Source: Candidatus Poribacteria bacterium
Lineage (GTDB): Bacteria > Poribacteria > WGA-4E > PCPOR2b
Length of the DNA: 64,000 nt
Direction of reading: 5' to 3'
NCBI GenBank assembly: GCA_965208325.1
Contig: OZ242326.1
Span: forward strand, 448,001-512,000
Below, piece after piece: positions 1 to 9,858 of the stretch (the first letter of the stretch is position 1; every line of letters starts with the position of its first letter). Made by a program: the position numbers and the translations under genes. The notes below the pieces were generated by a model. It was given only the letters and a program-made list of their open reading frames with translations, was not told the DNA's origin and did no database searches.

Positions 1-351
1 CGAGAAGGCAATCTACGCCAAATCACCGTCAACGCCCATGAACGCAATCAGAAAGCCAGAGCAAAGTGTATTGCTCATTTCGGATGCTATTGTGCTGTCT
101 GTGGTTTCAATTTTGAGGCAAAGTATGGCGATGTGGGAAAAGGCGTTATTGAGGTGCACCACATGATGCCATTGTCTCAAATCAGTGGCGAATACGAAGT
201 TGACCCTGTCAAAGATTTGATACCTGTCTGTTCCAACTGCCACACGATCATACATAAACAAAAACCGCCATACGACGTTAAAGAAGCTAAAGCATTTGGC
301 TCTTCAGAGTTAAGTGTGGTAATGAGCTTAGCTATAGGAATGCCACAATGA
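1..351 (+). CDS. HNH endonuclease (McrA-like C-terminal part), 5'-truncated by window edge; 3' end altered by ISL3 insertion
   Basis: Frame 1 is open from base 1: HERNQKARAKCIAHFGCYCAVCGFNFEAKYG...IEVHH...DLIPVCSNCHTIIH (CxxC...HH...CxNCH). Confidence 0.85.
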   Translation, partial: REGNLRQITVNAHERNQKARAKCIAHFGCYCAVCGFNFEAKYGDVGKGVIEVHHMMPLSQISGEYEVDPVKDLIPVCSNCHTIIHKQKPPYDVKEAKAFGSSELSVVMSLAIGMPQ

Positions 352-1611
352 CACGGATTCGGAAATGCTCAAAGTTGCGAAACCCAAAAGCCCGGCGCTT
401 GATGAGCTTGATTTTATTGTTAATGCCTTCGACGATGCCACTAGTCGTACGGTGGCAAAAGTAATTGGCAATTTGGTGCTCCCAGTTTGCTAGTGTCCGA
501 CGGAATTGTGGAAACAACCCCGCTTTCTCAGCAATAAGGCTCCACTTCCGCAGGCGCTTAATCGCCTTTTCTTTAGTGGACTTACACTCGAAGATATGTC
601 GCAAACACTCCTTGAGCCGATGAGCCGTCTTGACCAAAGGCGACACCTGATAAACGTGTTCAAGCACCGCTTGCTGCTTATCGGTTAAATCTTGACGATT
701 CTTTAACAGCGCATAATGAGCACCTTGCAGTATTTGGGGGTGCGCCTGCTTTTGCTGATTCTTCAACAGCTTGAGTTCCCGGTTGACCGCTTGCATCACA
801 TGAAACCGGTCGGCAGTAATCACCGCGTGGGGCAACAATTCAGCACAGACCGTATCATAGGGATTCCACATGTCGATGGCGACTTCTTGAATTTGTGCAC
901 GCTCACAAGGCGATACCTGTTCAAGTCGCGCCCTAAGTTTCTCTTGGGTTCGCGCTTTGAGCACATCAACGACCCCTTTTGTGTCCAGATTCGTCAGAAT
1001 CAAAGCGAAGTCTCCTCTTCCTTTACGCAACGCAATTTCATCAATACCCAAACGTTTGAGATTGGCAAAGGGAGTTAAGGGAATGCGACATCTCGCTTCG
1101 TGGAGGAAGATGCTTTCAATCTGGTCATAAGTCAGTCCTTCAGCACGGTGTACCGCGCTGATGTTGTTCTCTCGAACTTGGCGGAATATCCAATCCTGAT
1201 AACGATGGGTGTAATCGCGTCGCTCGTCGACAAAGCTTAGGGATTCAGAGAACACTCGGTGACAATCTTGACAAAAGAATCGTCGTCTGATAAAGCGAAG
1301 ATAAGTCGGCTTGCCACTGATAGGAAGGTCGCGAACGATGCGAGGGTGTCTTTCGTGCAACGTTTTTGAGGTTTTGCCACAGTGAGAGCATGCCACTGTC
1401 TGAGATACCGATTCAATGTCCAACGTGATTTTATCGCTCCTAATATCGGCAGAAATCACTTGGTAGCTGGGAATGTCGAGCAACTGTGTTAAAAGGGTAT
1501 ACATCGCAGACTCCAGAACTATATCGGGGATTATTGAAATCAACTTACACGCATAGGAAAAACGTAATTGCATAAAGCAAGTTTCATTCCCACACTTAAC
1601 CCTGAAGAACC
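298..1611 (-). mobile_element. Complete ISL3-family insertion sequence
   Basis: 28-bp imperfect terminal inverted repeats (298-325 GGCTCTTCAGAGTTAAGTGTGGTAATGA vs 1584-1611, 25/28 match); 8-bp direct repeat AAGCATTT at 290-297 and 1612-1619; ISL3 transposase inside. Confidence 0.95.
332..1504 (-). CDS. ISL3 family transposase
   Basis: CSHCG zinc finger, RDLPISG, GIDEIALRKG, AIDMW, DRFHV, EGINNKIKLIKRRAFGFRNF; start placed at MYTLL (1504), ORF extends to 1573. Confidence 0.95.
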   Translation of the reverse strand: MYTLLTQLLDIPSYQVISADIRSDKITLDIESVSQTVACSHCGKTSKTLHERHPRIVRDLPISGKPTYLRFIRRRFFCQDCHRVFSESLSFVDERRDYTHRYQDWIFRQVRENNISAVHRAEGLTYDQIESIFLHEARCRIPLTPFANLKRLGIDEIALRKGRGDFALILTNLDTKGVVDVLKARTQEKLRARLEQVSPCERAQIQEVAIDMWNPYDTVCAELLPHAVITADRFHVMQAVNRELKLLKNQQKQAHPQILQGAHYALLKNRQDLTDKQQAVLEHVYQVSPLVKTAHRLKECLRHIFECKSTKEKAIKRLRKWSLIAEKAGLFPQFRRTLANWEHQIANYFCHRTTSGIVEGINNKIKLIKRRAFGFRNFEHFRIRVIVAFL

Positions 1612-1770
1612 AAGCATTTTTGAAGTAAGCGACAGATGATATTTAAAGCGCCATCACGTCGAAAAATCTGGGACAGTTTTTGTTGGTTGGGTTTCGTTAC
1701 GCCAAACAAATCTTGAACACAATTATAGTCATTTAGGTTCATATTTACACAAGGAGGAATCGGCTGATTG

Positions 1771-1799
1771 ACAATCGAGGCTAGGAAGCCTCTCCCACA
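1771..1799 (-). repeat. REP-like palindrome (GTGG foot)
   Basis: acaatcgaggctaggaagcctctcccaca, near-identical to 15759-15787; hairpin GAGGCT-AGGA-AGCCTC. Confidence 0.7.
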
Positions 1800-2199
1800 A
1801 TCCAATGAGTAAATGTATAATTTTTAGTCGCAATGGCTATGGAATGTGCGGACGATGGTGTGAAAGCGGGAAGGCTAAAGCGTTTGGGGTGAAGTTAGAC
1901 AGGACGTTTGACGTGCCGCTTACTGATGGCTAACACGGTAGCCGATATTACCAAACGAAGCCAAAACCAACCCAAATCGCCCAGTAGGAAGATAGCACAC
2001 ACAGCGCACCGCTGGCAAACAGCGAATGATCCTTTTTTACGAAACGAACCCAAAACGAAGCCAATCGTGATGGTTTTTTCAATCCGTGTCATCCTTAAAT
2101 TTGCGGCAATCCGCAATTCAGACAATGGCGATGGACGAAAGAATTGCATAGGATAAAATAAAATCTGTCAAATTTTGTAAACTTTTTTCAAATATCAAA

Positions 2200-2383
2200 T
2201 AGGAGTTACGCAGTTGAACGTTCAAAGGTTCGTAGTAGGGATCAAGGGAGCGAATAGCGACTGCGATTGGAATCCTCTTTATTGCTCGTTTCTACATAAA
2301 ACAATATGTCAGGTCAAGAAAGTGAATGACCTGCCGGACGCGCAATAATTTGCGCTACTACAAACTGAACCGCGTAAGTCCTA
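2200..2383. repeat. MITE-like element, copy 1
   Basis: Inverted ends TAGGAGTTACGCAGTT...AACCGCGTAAGTCCTA; aligns over its whole length with the reverse complement of 36452-36634. Confidence 0.85.
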
Positions 2384-2515
2384 TTTAGATTAGCGGTGAA
2401 AACTGCTTGGTTTTACCCTGCGCCGAGATTCGTCACCTCTATCTTCCTCGGTGCTCAAAGACCAAAGCTAATCCGCTTCAATGAATAGTCGAAATTTCAG
2501 AAACTTGACACCTAT

Positions 2516-3907
2516 ATGACAGATCAAACTAAGTTCGATGATTTGAAGAGCATTATTGCACCGGCGTGCATATCTCAGGAGCCGGAGGACTTAGCACTTC
2601 ACAGTTGTGACTGGTGGCCCGTAGCTATCAAACGGCGGCAACAAGGCAGGACCCCGATGCGCCCGGAGCTAGTCGTGCGCCCTAGGAATCAAGACGAGGT
2701 ATCAAGGCTTCTCGCTTGGGCGAATCAGCGGGGTGTAGCGGTTACCCCGTGGGGAGCCGGTTCCGCCGTGACCGGTGCGCCCCTCCCTACACAGGGGGGC
2801 ATCTCTTTGGACCTTTCAAGAATGAATCGAACGCTCCACATTGATTCGACTAATCTTCTTGTCCGCGTTGAAGCCGGCAAGATTGGAATTCAATTGGAAC
2901 AAGAACTGAACGAGAAGGGTTTCACGCTAAACCATTCCCCGCAGTCGCTGAATCGATCGAGCGTAGGCGGATGGCTGTCGACGCGCTCCAGTGGACAATT
3001 CTCGAGCCGTTGGGGCAATATAGAAGATTTGTGCATTTCCTTTACAGTCGTGCTAGCCAACGGCGAAATTCTAACAATGCCCCAAACGCCTCGCGCCGCC
3101 GTTGGGCCGGACCTTCGCCATATTTTCATTGGTGCTGAAGGTACCTCTGGTGTAATCACTGAAGTTAGTCTCAAGATGTTTCCGCTTCCGGAAACTCGCC
3201 GCTACGAGAGTATCCGTTTTCCCAAACTTCATCAAGGCCTCAATGCCGTGCGGCAAATTATGCAGGCTGGTTTGCGTCCGTTTCTAGTCCGTTTGTATGA
3301 CGCCGATGAATCAAAGCATGTCATGGCAGACGAGCGATTTGCTGATTCCGTTTTGTTTGTCGGATGTGAAGGTATCCGGGAAGTTGCCATGGCTGAGATG
3401 AATGCCGCTGTTGACATCTGCCTACGGAGCGGCGGGGAAGCCATTGGTCCAGGTCCAGCAGAATCCTGGATGCAGCGGCGTTTTGATTTCTCGGCGTTTG
3501 AGCGCACGCTAGACTTGCCCGGCGGAATTGCTGAGACCGTTGAGGTGTCGCACTTGTGGGGCGAGGTGGAGCACACGTATTGCGTAATGAAGGAGGCATT
3601 GCGCCCCTTTGTTGATGAGGTACTGTGCCATTTTTCCCACGCCTATCCCCAAGGCACATCGCTTTACCTAATTCTCTTCGGGCAGGCTGTGGATGACCGA
3701 GCGGCAGAAAACACTATTCTACGGATTTGGGACGTGGCTATGGAGGCTGCTCTGCGCAAGGGCGCCGCCATCTCGCACCATCACGGGATTGGATACGCGC
3801 GACGAAAATATGTCGCACCGTATTTGGGCAGCGGATACAAAATGATTCAACAGTTGAAGGAGGCGGTTGACCCGAACGGAATCATGAATCCCGGTAAATT
3901 GGTTTAA
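2516..3907 (+). CDS. FAD-binding oxidoreductase (GlcD/alkyl-DHAP synthase-like, YgcU-like)
   Basis: PWGAGSAVTG, GPDLRHIFIGAEGTSGVITE, SHHHGIG, DPNGIMNPGK. Confidence 0.85.
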   Translation: MTDQTKFDDLKSIIAPACISQEPEDLALHSCDWWPVAIKRRQQGRTPMRPELVVRPRNQDEVSRLLAWANQRGVAVTPWGAGSAVTGAPLPTQGGISLDLSRMNRTLHIDSTNLLVRVEAGKIGIQLEQELNEKGFTLNHSPQSLNRSSVGGWLSTRSSGQFSSRWGNIEDLCISFTVVLANGEILTMPQTPRAAVGPDLRHIFIGAEGTSGVITEVSLKMFPLPETRRYESIRFPKLHQGLNAVRQIMQAGLRPFLVRLYDADESKHVMADERFADSVLFVGCEGIREVAMAEMNAAVDICLRSGGEAIGPGPAESWMQRRFDFSAFERTLDLPGGIAETVEVSHLWGEVEHTYCVMKEALRPFVDEVLCHFSHAYPQGTSLYLILFGQAVDDRAAENTILRIWDVAMEAALRKGAAISHHHGIGYARRKYVAPYLGSGYKMIQQLKEAVDPNGIMNPGKLV

Positions 3908-3921
3908 AAGGAGTGAATTCA

Positions 3922-4554
3922 ATGAATTTAGAGGCAATTGCCGCAGAGATGAGCGATGTTAGTGAAAAATTAGTCGTGACAGGCATGGTGCATCTGCTTG
4001 GCGGCAATTTTAGTGTGCGTGACGGTGAAAGGATGGCAATTACAGGACATCGGTCAGCGAAGAGGCACCTATCAGGAGACGATTTGTTCGTTGCCGACGT
4101 AAACAGCGATAAATCGGTTGAGGGTGCTTCTTCGACGTTGGACATGCATAGAGCCATATTCAGGATGACGGACGCCGACGCTATTATTCATGCGCACCCA
4201 TACTACGCGACATTACTCTCATATTATACCGATGTCATCTGCCCGATTGATGAGAACAACATCTATTACCTCGGGGAACGGGTTTATTGTATCCAATCTG
4301 AAGGATACATGAAATGGGCATTGCTTGCGGATCAGATGGCGGAGTTACTTACCCGAAGTCCGGCGGCAGTCTTAAAATGGCACGGCAGTTTTGCGATTGG
4401 CGACTCTCTTGCGGAGGCGTTTAATCACACTCAGGCGCTTGAACAAGCATCTCGGTTCATATTGGATACACGTCGGCTCAAGCCGCACCTAGGGTCCCCC
4501 GATTTGCCCGATTACGCCAAGTACAGTTCTTTTGAGGAGTCGGGAAAATCCTAA
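3922..4554 (+). CDS. Class II aldolase/adducin family protein (FucA/RhaD-like)
   Basis: GGNFSVR, SSTLDMHRAIF, IIHAHP, LKWHG; SD AAGGAG upstream. Confidence 0.85.
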   Translation: MNLEAIAAEMSDVSEKLVVTGMVHLLGGNFSVRDGERMAITGHRSAKRHLSGDDLFVADVNSDKSVEGASSTLDMHRAIFRMTDADAIIHAHPYYATLLSYYTDVICPIDENNIYYLGERVYCIQSEGYMKWALLADQMAELLTRSPAAVLKWHGSFAIGDSLAEAFNHTQALEQASRFILDTRRLKPHLGSPDLPDYAKYSSFEESGKS

Positions 4555-4573
4555 TTGCCTAGATAGATAGGAA

Positions 4574-5986
4574 ATGACAATCGATATAAACAGCAATCCT
4601 GCAACGCTAGTTTTGGACGTGGGCAAAACCAACGTCAAACTGCTGGTCATGAGCAAGACTGGGCATGTCATTGACGATGTAAGATTAGACAATCAATCGC
4701 TTGATGCACCGCCGTATCCTCATTTGGACACAGAACGCGTTTGGCGGTGGCTGTTGGAAACGGCGAGCGGGTTTGCCAAAAAATATACAATTGATGCCAT
4801 CGTACCGACGACCCACGGGTGCGCGGCAGCGCTAGTAGGCGCCGGCGAGTTGGTTCTACCCATCCTTGACTATGAAGCAGAAATACCGGAAGATTCAGTG
4901 GAGGCGTTTCGCGCGGTCATGCCTACGTTCGAGGAGACCCAATCCCCGGATTTGCCCGGTGGTTTGAGTCTAGGTCGGCAACTGTTTTGGTTGCAGCGGG
5001 ATTTTCCGGATGAATTTGCGCGAGCAGAGTGGGTGCTCACTTATCCTCAATACTGGGCGTGGCGGTTGAGCGGCGTTGCGGCAAGCGAGGTTACTTCAAT
5101 TAGTTGTCACAGCCACCTGTGGCGTCCGCAAACCCGGTCATTTTCCAAGCTCGTGGAAGCACAGGGTTGGTACCGTCTGTTTCCACCAATTCGTCCTGCG
5201 TATGATGCGCTGGCGCCAATTCTTACTCAGGTTGCGCAGGCGGCGGGCATTTCTCCCGAGTGCAGGATATACAACGGTATTCACGATGCCAATGCCGCTT
5301 ACAGCCTCTTTCTGAGAGGATATACTGAACCTTTTAGTCTTCTGTCTACGGGAACTTGGGTCGTCCTGATTAACCCTAACCTACCCATAGCACGACTGAA
5401 TGAGCATCGGGACACCATGGCATTGGCTGACCTTAACGGCAAGCCAGTACCTATGGGACGTTTCATGGGCGGCAGGGAGTTTGAAATTTTGAGCGCAGAC
5501 GTTGGCGCTACCAAAGAATTTTCGGAGGCGGACGTAAGAAGTGTAATTGCCAAACGCAGTTATCTGCTGCCGTCTTTCGCTGCGGGCGGCCCATATATGG
5601 GGCAGCGCGGTTCGGAAATTGGGCGGCAGGTTAGCGCTAGCGGCGAAATACTTGCGCGCGCGACGCTGTATTTGGCGATGATGACCATGACGAGCGCGCG
5701 TATTCTCGAAATGGACGGCGATCTGATAATTACGGGCGGGTTTGTCAACAACCCGTGGTATTGCCGGTTAGTAGCAACATTGACAAGGTGCCGGCGTTGT
5801 TTTGTCGATCATCAGTCTGAAAGCACAGCGCTTGGGGCGGGCATGTTGCCCGTATGGAACGATGACGATATTCAATGGCTGCTTGATTTGACACCCGTAG
5901 AAAAATTCCACGATACAGACCTCTTCCAGTACGCCGAAGAGTGGCAACAATTGACCAACTTACAAGCAGCCGACGGCGCCAAGTAA
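4574..5986 (+). CDS. FGGY family carbohydrate kinase (rhamnulo/fuculokinase-like)
   Basis: LDVGKTNVK, TTHG, GIHDANA, STGTW, RFMGGREFE. Confidence 0.85.
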   Translation: MTIDINSNPATLVLDVGKTNVKLLVMSKTGHVIDDVRLDNQSLDAPPYPHLDTERVWRWLLETASGFAKKYTIDAIVPTTHGCAAALVGAGELVLPILDYEAEIPEDSVEAFRAVMPTFEETQSPDLPGGLSLGRQLFWLQRDFPDEFARAEWVLTYPQYWAWRLSGVAASEVTSISCHSHLWRPQTRSFSKLVEAQGWYRLFPPIRPAYDALAPILTQVAQAAGISPECRIYNGIHDANAAYSLFLRGYTEPFSLLSTGTWVVLINPNLPIARLNEHRDTMALADLNGKPVPMGRFMGGREFEILSADVGATKEFSEADVRSVIAKRSYLLPSFAAGGPYMGQRGSEIGRQVSASGEILARATLYLAMMTMTSARILEMDGDLIITGGFVNNPWYCRLVATLTRCRRCFVDHQSESTALGAGMLPVWNDDDIQWLLDLTPVEKFHDTDLFQYAEEWQQLTNLQAADGAK

Positions 5987-6142
5987 GGCAAAAAAGGCGA
6001 GCCATAGTTTAAAATCTTCCTTCGTGTTACCGTAAATCGCACAGCCTTAAATGGTCGGCTAAGACCGGTCTACATCAACGGCGGCCGAGATTCCACGCAA
6101 AACGGCGCAATCAATTAAATAACAACCGTTAGTGGGCATTTC

Positions 6143-6895
6143 ATGGAATTACAAGAAGCTATTGACCACCTCGACACCTACGGCTACTGTCTTCTCGAAA
6201 ATCTCATTTCCGTTGAAGGTGCGGATTGCATGGCGGAGAAGTATTTCCGGCTTCATGAAGACCCTGCCAATCGGCGGTTGTTTCAAGATCCTAACGCTGA
6301 ATTGTACCAAACGCTGTTCAGCGTGATTAACTTGGATGAAATGTGTTGGGACTGCATCGTACATCCACAGGTACTCGCCGTTGTGCGACACTTCTTGGGC
6401 GAGAACGCGCGGTCCTCAGGACAGGGGAGCACGAAATGGGTAAAGCCGGGCGCGCTGATGGGCGGATTGCATGTAGACTCCGCACACGACTTGCCGCCGA
6501 GATTACCAGATATTCCGTGGATGATTAACACGATTTGGATGATAACAGACTTCACGGAAGACAACGGAGCAACAATCGTTGTACCGTTCAGCCATAGGAC
6601 AAGGCGAAGGCCTTTACCGGGGATAAGTCCCTCGGACATGTGTTCGCTGCCCGTTACCGGACGCCGCGGTTCAGTCGTGCTTTGGCAGGGCGGTACGTGG
6701 CACGCCAATGGCGCAAACACATCGCATGACAATCACCGAATGGGACTGAACTTCGCCTACTTTCCGCCGTGGTGGAATCAGGGACGCGAAGGCGCGCATA
6801 CAGTTTTACCCGAGGTGTTCGAACGGATGCCAAAAACTCTTCAAGATTTGTGCCGTCATAGGGTCGGTAAAGCACGGTCTGAGGCGCGTGGATGA
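6143..6895 (+). CDS. Phytanoyl-CoA dioxygenase (PhyH) family Fe(II)/2OG dioxygenase
   Basis: GYCLLENLI, LHVD, DFTEDNGATIVVPFSH, WHANGAN, distal Arg. Confidence 0.9.
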   Translation: MELQEAIDHLDTYGYCLLENLISVEGADCMAEKYFRLHEDPANRRLFQDPNAELYQTLFSVINLDEMCWDCIVHPQVLAVVRHFLGENARSSGQGSTKWVKPGALMGGLHVDSAHDLPPRLPDIPWMINTIWMITDFTEDNGATIVVPFSHRTRRRPLPGISPSDMCSLPVTGRRGSVVLWQGGTWHANGANTSHDNHRMGLNFAYFPPWWNQGREGAHTVLPEVFERMPKTLQDLCRHRVGKARSEARG

Positions 6896-6968
6896 GCGGT
6901 TGGCGGATTGTCCGCACTGAGAAATTGCCTGAAAAACGGTCTCACAGGGCGTTATGTAATTTCTCTCC

Positions 6969-6998
6969 TTGATCGCCGCTGCAATTTTGTGCTATAAT
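6969..6998 (+). promoter_or_regulatory. Putative sigma70 promoter of the LamG gene
   Basis: TTGATC-18 bp-TATAAT with TG extended -10. Confidence 0.5.
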
Positions 6999-7120
6999 AC
7001 AGCCGTTAAGCACAGCTCAATTAAGTTGCTTGGCAAATAAGAACATCTTGATGTTTTTCCCGAGCAGTTTTAACCTGCTTTCCAGCAGCCAACCGGACAT
7101 GTCAAATGGAGGTCATAACT

Positions 7121-7897
7121 ATGAGAACCACAGTCAGGTATCTAATGTTGGTATCGGTCGGTTTAATCCTCTTAGGACTGATATTCACCTCACACAATTA
7201 CGCCCAGGTTAACCCAGATTCCTTTGCCGGGCTTTGGACCTTTGATGAAGGAGAAGGCAATGAAGCAAAAGATTCTTCAGGCAACGGAAATGATGGGGAG
7301 TTTGTGGGCAACCCCGCTTGGGTCGAGGGGAAATTCGGCAACGCCTTACAGTTTGATGGCTCAAATCATGTTGATTGCGGCGACTCCCGCTCACTAGATA
7401 TTGACGGCGAGGGACTAACACTAATGGCGTGGGTAAAGCCAAACACAACACAGGGGTTGGATGGAATAATTGAAAAAGAGTGCGGCGCTAATGCCGGTTA
7501 CAATCTCTATTTGGATAACGGCAAAATCCATTTCAGGATGTTTGCCGGCGGGAATGTCGCTGTAGATGCTGTCGATGGGGTTCCCAACAATTCATGGTCG
7601 CATATCGCCGCGGTCTATGACGGTTCTAAGATGAAAGTTTACATCGACGGCGAATTTAACGCCGAAAGAGATCAAAGCGGTAATATAACGACTAATGATA
7701 TCAAGTTAGCAATTGGTGCAAGCAGCGAGTGCGGGCGGGGGTACGATGGCGCCATCGACGAAGTCGCTATATTAAACATTGCCTTGTCCGAAGATGAGAT
7801 AAGCGATGTTATGAAGAATAGGTTTCCAGGCGTAAACGCCGTTTCGCCCAACGAAAAACTCGCAACGACCTGGGGACGGCTAAAGGCCGATGGCTAG
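7121..7897 (+). CDS. Secreted LamG-like jellyroll (ConA-like lectin) domain protein
   Basis: Signal peptide; WTFDEGEG..AKDSSGNGNDG, WVEGKFGNALQFDG, WSHIAAVYDG, GAIDEVAI; C-terminal AVSPNEKLATTWGRLK; SD GGAGG. Confidence 0.9.
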   Translation: MRTTVRYLMLVSVGLILLGLIFTSHNYAQVNPDSFAGLWTFDEGEGNEAKDSSGNGNDGEFVGNPAWVEGKFGNALQFDGSNHVDCGDSRSLDIDGEGLTLMAWVKPNTTQGLDGIIEKECGANAGYNLYLDNGKIHFRMFAGGNVAVDAVDGVPNNSWSHIAAVYDGSKMKVYIDGEFNAERDQSGNITTNDIKLAIGASSECGRGYDGAIDEVAILNIALSEDEISDVMKNRFPGVNAVSPNEKLATTWGRLKADG

Positions 7898-8165
7898 AAC
7901 GGGCGAAGGGATATTTGAACATCTCAATGGCGAAATCCGCCGCTAGGCGGTTCTAATTTAGGGCGCGATTTTGCGCGCCGGAATTCAGAGTTATCGCCGC
8001 ATACGCGCCCCGAATTGTCCATGAACTCTGACTCTCAAGTGTTCGTTGTTCTGAATGGGACTGCTATCCGGTTCGGAACAGCGGACACGTATTTTAAACT
8101 GGAAAGACTATCGGTTTATGAGGCGGTACGGCGATTGAAATTCAATACAGCGAATTAGAAAGACA

Positions 8166-8951
8166 ATGCTCTCGGAACAGCAAATAACCGACTTTCACAC
8201 CTTCGGGTTTTTAATCATCCGTCAGTTGTTTAGTCCAGATGAGCTTCAGACCATTAACGCTGAGTTCGACTTTGCGATGGACACTTCCTACCGCCATGCA
8301 CCTTTTGACGGTACGCGCCGTCATTGGGTTACTATGGTAGGTCCGCAAACTCCTTTTTTTGCCTCGTTGCTTGAAGACCCTCGATTTTGTACTGTGGCAG
8401 AGCAGCTATACGGAGAAGACGTTATCGGCGCCGTTAGCGATGCGAACCGTTACGTTAGGGAATCAAATTGGCACCGCGATACGGGGAACAGGCATCAATA
8501 CGGCGTCAAATTCGCGTATTACCTGCAACCGGTGGGAGCGGAAACCGGCGCGCTGCGCGTAATACCGGGGTCGCATAAGCATCCGATTAGTGACGACCTG
8601 GCGCACTATTTTAGCCAATCCGAGCTAGACATCCAAGACGTTCCCGCCTACGTATGCGAATCGGAACCGGGCGACGTAGTTGCATTTGACCTGCGTTGTT
8701 ATCATGCGAGTTGGGGTGGTTCTAAGGACCGCCGGATGTGCACGGTGGTTTATTACAACAACCCAAAGTCTCCCGAAGAGGAGGACGCAACCCGGGTGCA
8801 AGTGGGAGGCTTTGCTACATCCGGAACCCCGGCAAGTTTTAACCGTCCGGACGATCCATTTTACGATCCGCACTGGATTGCAAACAGTGAGCGTAGCGTG
8901 AAACGCAAACGGTGGCTGGATCGCATGCGGGAGTTGGGATGCGCCATTTGA
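8166..8951 (+). CDS. PhyH family dioxygenase
   Basis: FHTFGFLIIRQLF, WHRD, GALRVIPGSH, PGDVVAFD..YHAS. Confidence 0.9.
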   Translation: MLSEQQITDFHTFGFLIIRQLFSPDELQTINAEFDFAMDTSYRHAPFDGTRRHWVTMVGPQTPFFASLLEDPRFCTVAEQLYGEDVIGAVSDANRYVRESNWHRDTGNRHQYGVKFAYYLQPVGAETGALRVIPGSHKHPISDDLAHYFSQSELDIQDVPAYVCESEPGDVVAFDLRCYHASWGGSKDRRMCTVVYYNNPKSPEEEDATRVQVGGFATSGTPASFNRPDDPFYDPHWIANSERSVKRKRWLDRMRELGCAI

Positions 8952-9021
8952 AAGGGTTTCATTTGTGAGTGCGGTTTTCCCGCCAAAGCCGTCGTTTTTG
9001 ACATCCCGCCCGATAGAAAGT

Positions 9022-9786
9022 TTACTCCGCCTCGTAACATGCCTCTTTCAAAAAAGCTAACATCTGCAACCGCTTTGGTGTTGCGTCCTCAAACAGCTCG
9101 CGGGTATAGTAGGTCCAACCGTGCGATGCATCATGATGGTAGAGCCATTTGATATACTCCTCCTCTTCCCGGGTCTGCGGATTCTGGACATAGTTAATGT
9201 AAACGCCTTTTCGAGGCGTTTCGCTAAACGCTGCGTGATAGCACTTTACATTAAAAACTACAGCGTCCCCTGGATCAGACTCAATTGGATAGGCGCCCGG
9301 CACATCTTTACCTAACGGCAGGACAGACTCGCCATACTTCTGCATCCGTTCTCGATACGGCAAAAATTGGCTGCCCGGAAGTACGCATAGACAACCGGTA
9401 TTCGCCCGAACGGGATTGAGAAAAAGCACCACTTTGAGATGAGTCTGCCCCTCCGGCGCCACCGAGTCGTGGTGCCAACGCGTCCCGCCAAAGTGATGAA
9501 TCCCCTCTGAGACAGTAAAAACAAAGTCTTTCCCTAGCAGGCCTTCCACAACTTCGTGGATGTTGTCATGATCGAGGAGTCGATGGTACACCGCTGGGTT
9601 GTGACGGTAGAACGGTACGACCTGCTGTCGCCGCGGCGCATGCTGCCAGGGCACACCTCCGTTTGCCGCCGTCATCGTTTCATCGAACGCATCAATGAAA
9701 GTGTTCATTTCTTCGGGCGGGATGAGGTTTTTCAAACGGAGAAATCCGAGGGTTTCAAATTGATGTTTTTGTGCATCGGTAAGCAT
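9022..9786 (-). CDS. PhyH family dioxygenase
   Basis: FETLGFLRLKNLI, WHHD, GCLCVLPGSQ, PGDAVVFN..YHAA. Confidence 0.9.
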   Translation of the reverse strand: MLTDAQKHQFETLGFLRLKNLIPPEEMNTFIDAFDETMTAANGGVPWQHAPRRQQVVPFYRHNPAVYHRLLDHDNIHEVVEGLLGKDFVFTVSEGIHHFGGTRWHHDSVAPEGQTHLKVVLFLNPVRANTGCLCVLPGSQFLPYRERMQKYGESVLPLGKDVPGAYPIESDPGDAVVFNVKCYHAAFSETPRKGVYINYVQNPQTREEEEYIKWLYHHDASHGWTYYTRELFEDATPKRLQMLAFLKEACYEAE

Positions 9787-9858
9787 GTTGTACCTCCCGT
9801 GGAAGCGATGTGGAAAACGTATGTCAAGCTAACAACCTGTTTGCCGTTGTGCCGCTAA

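Noticed and set aside
1895..2156. Overlapping 82-84 aa ORFs
   Set aside because: They lie over short repeats with no SD or domain motif; likely spurious.
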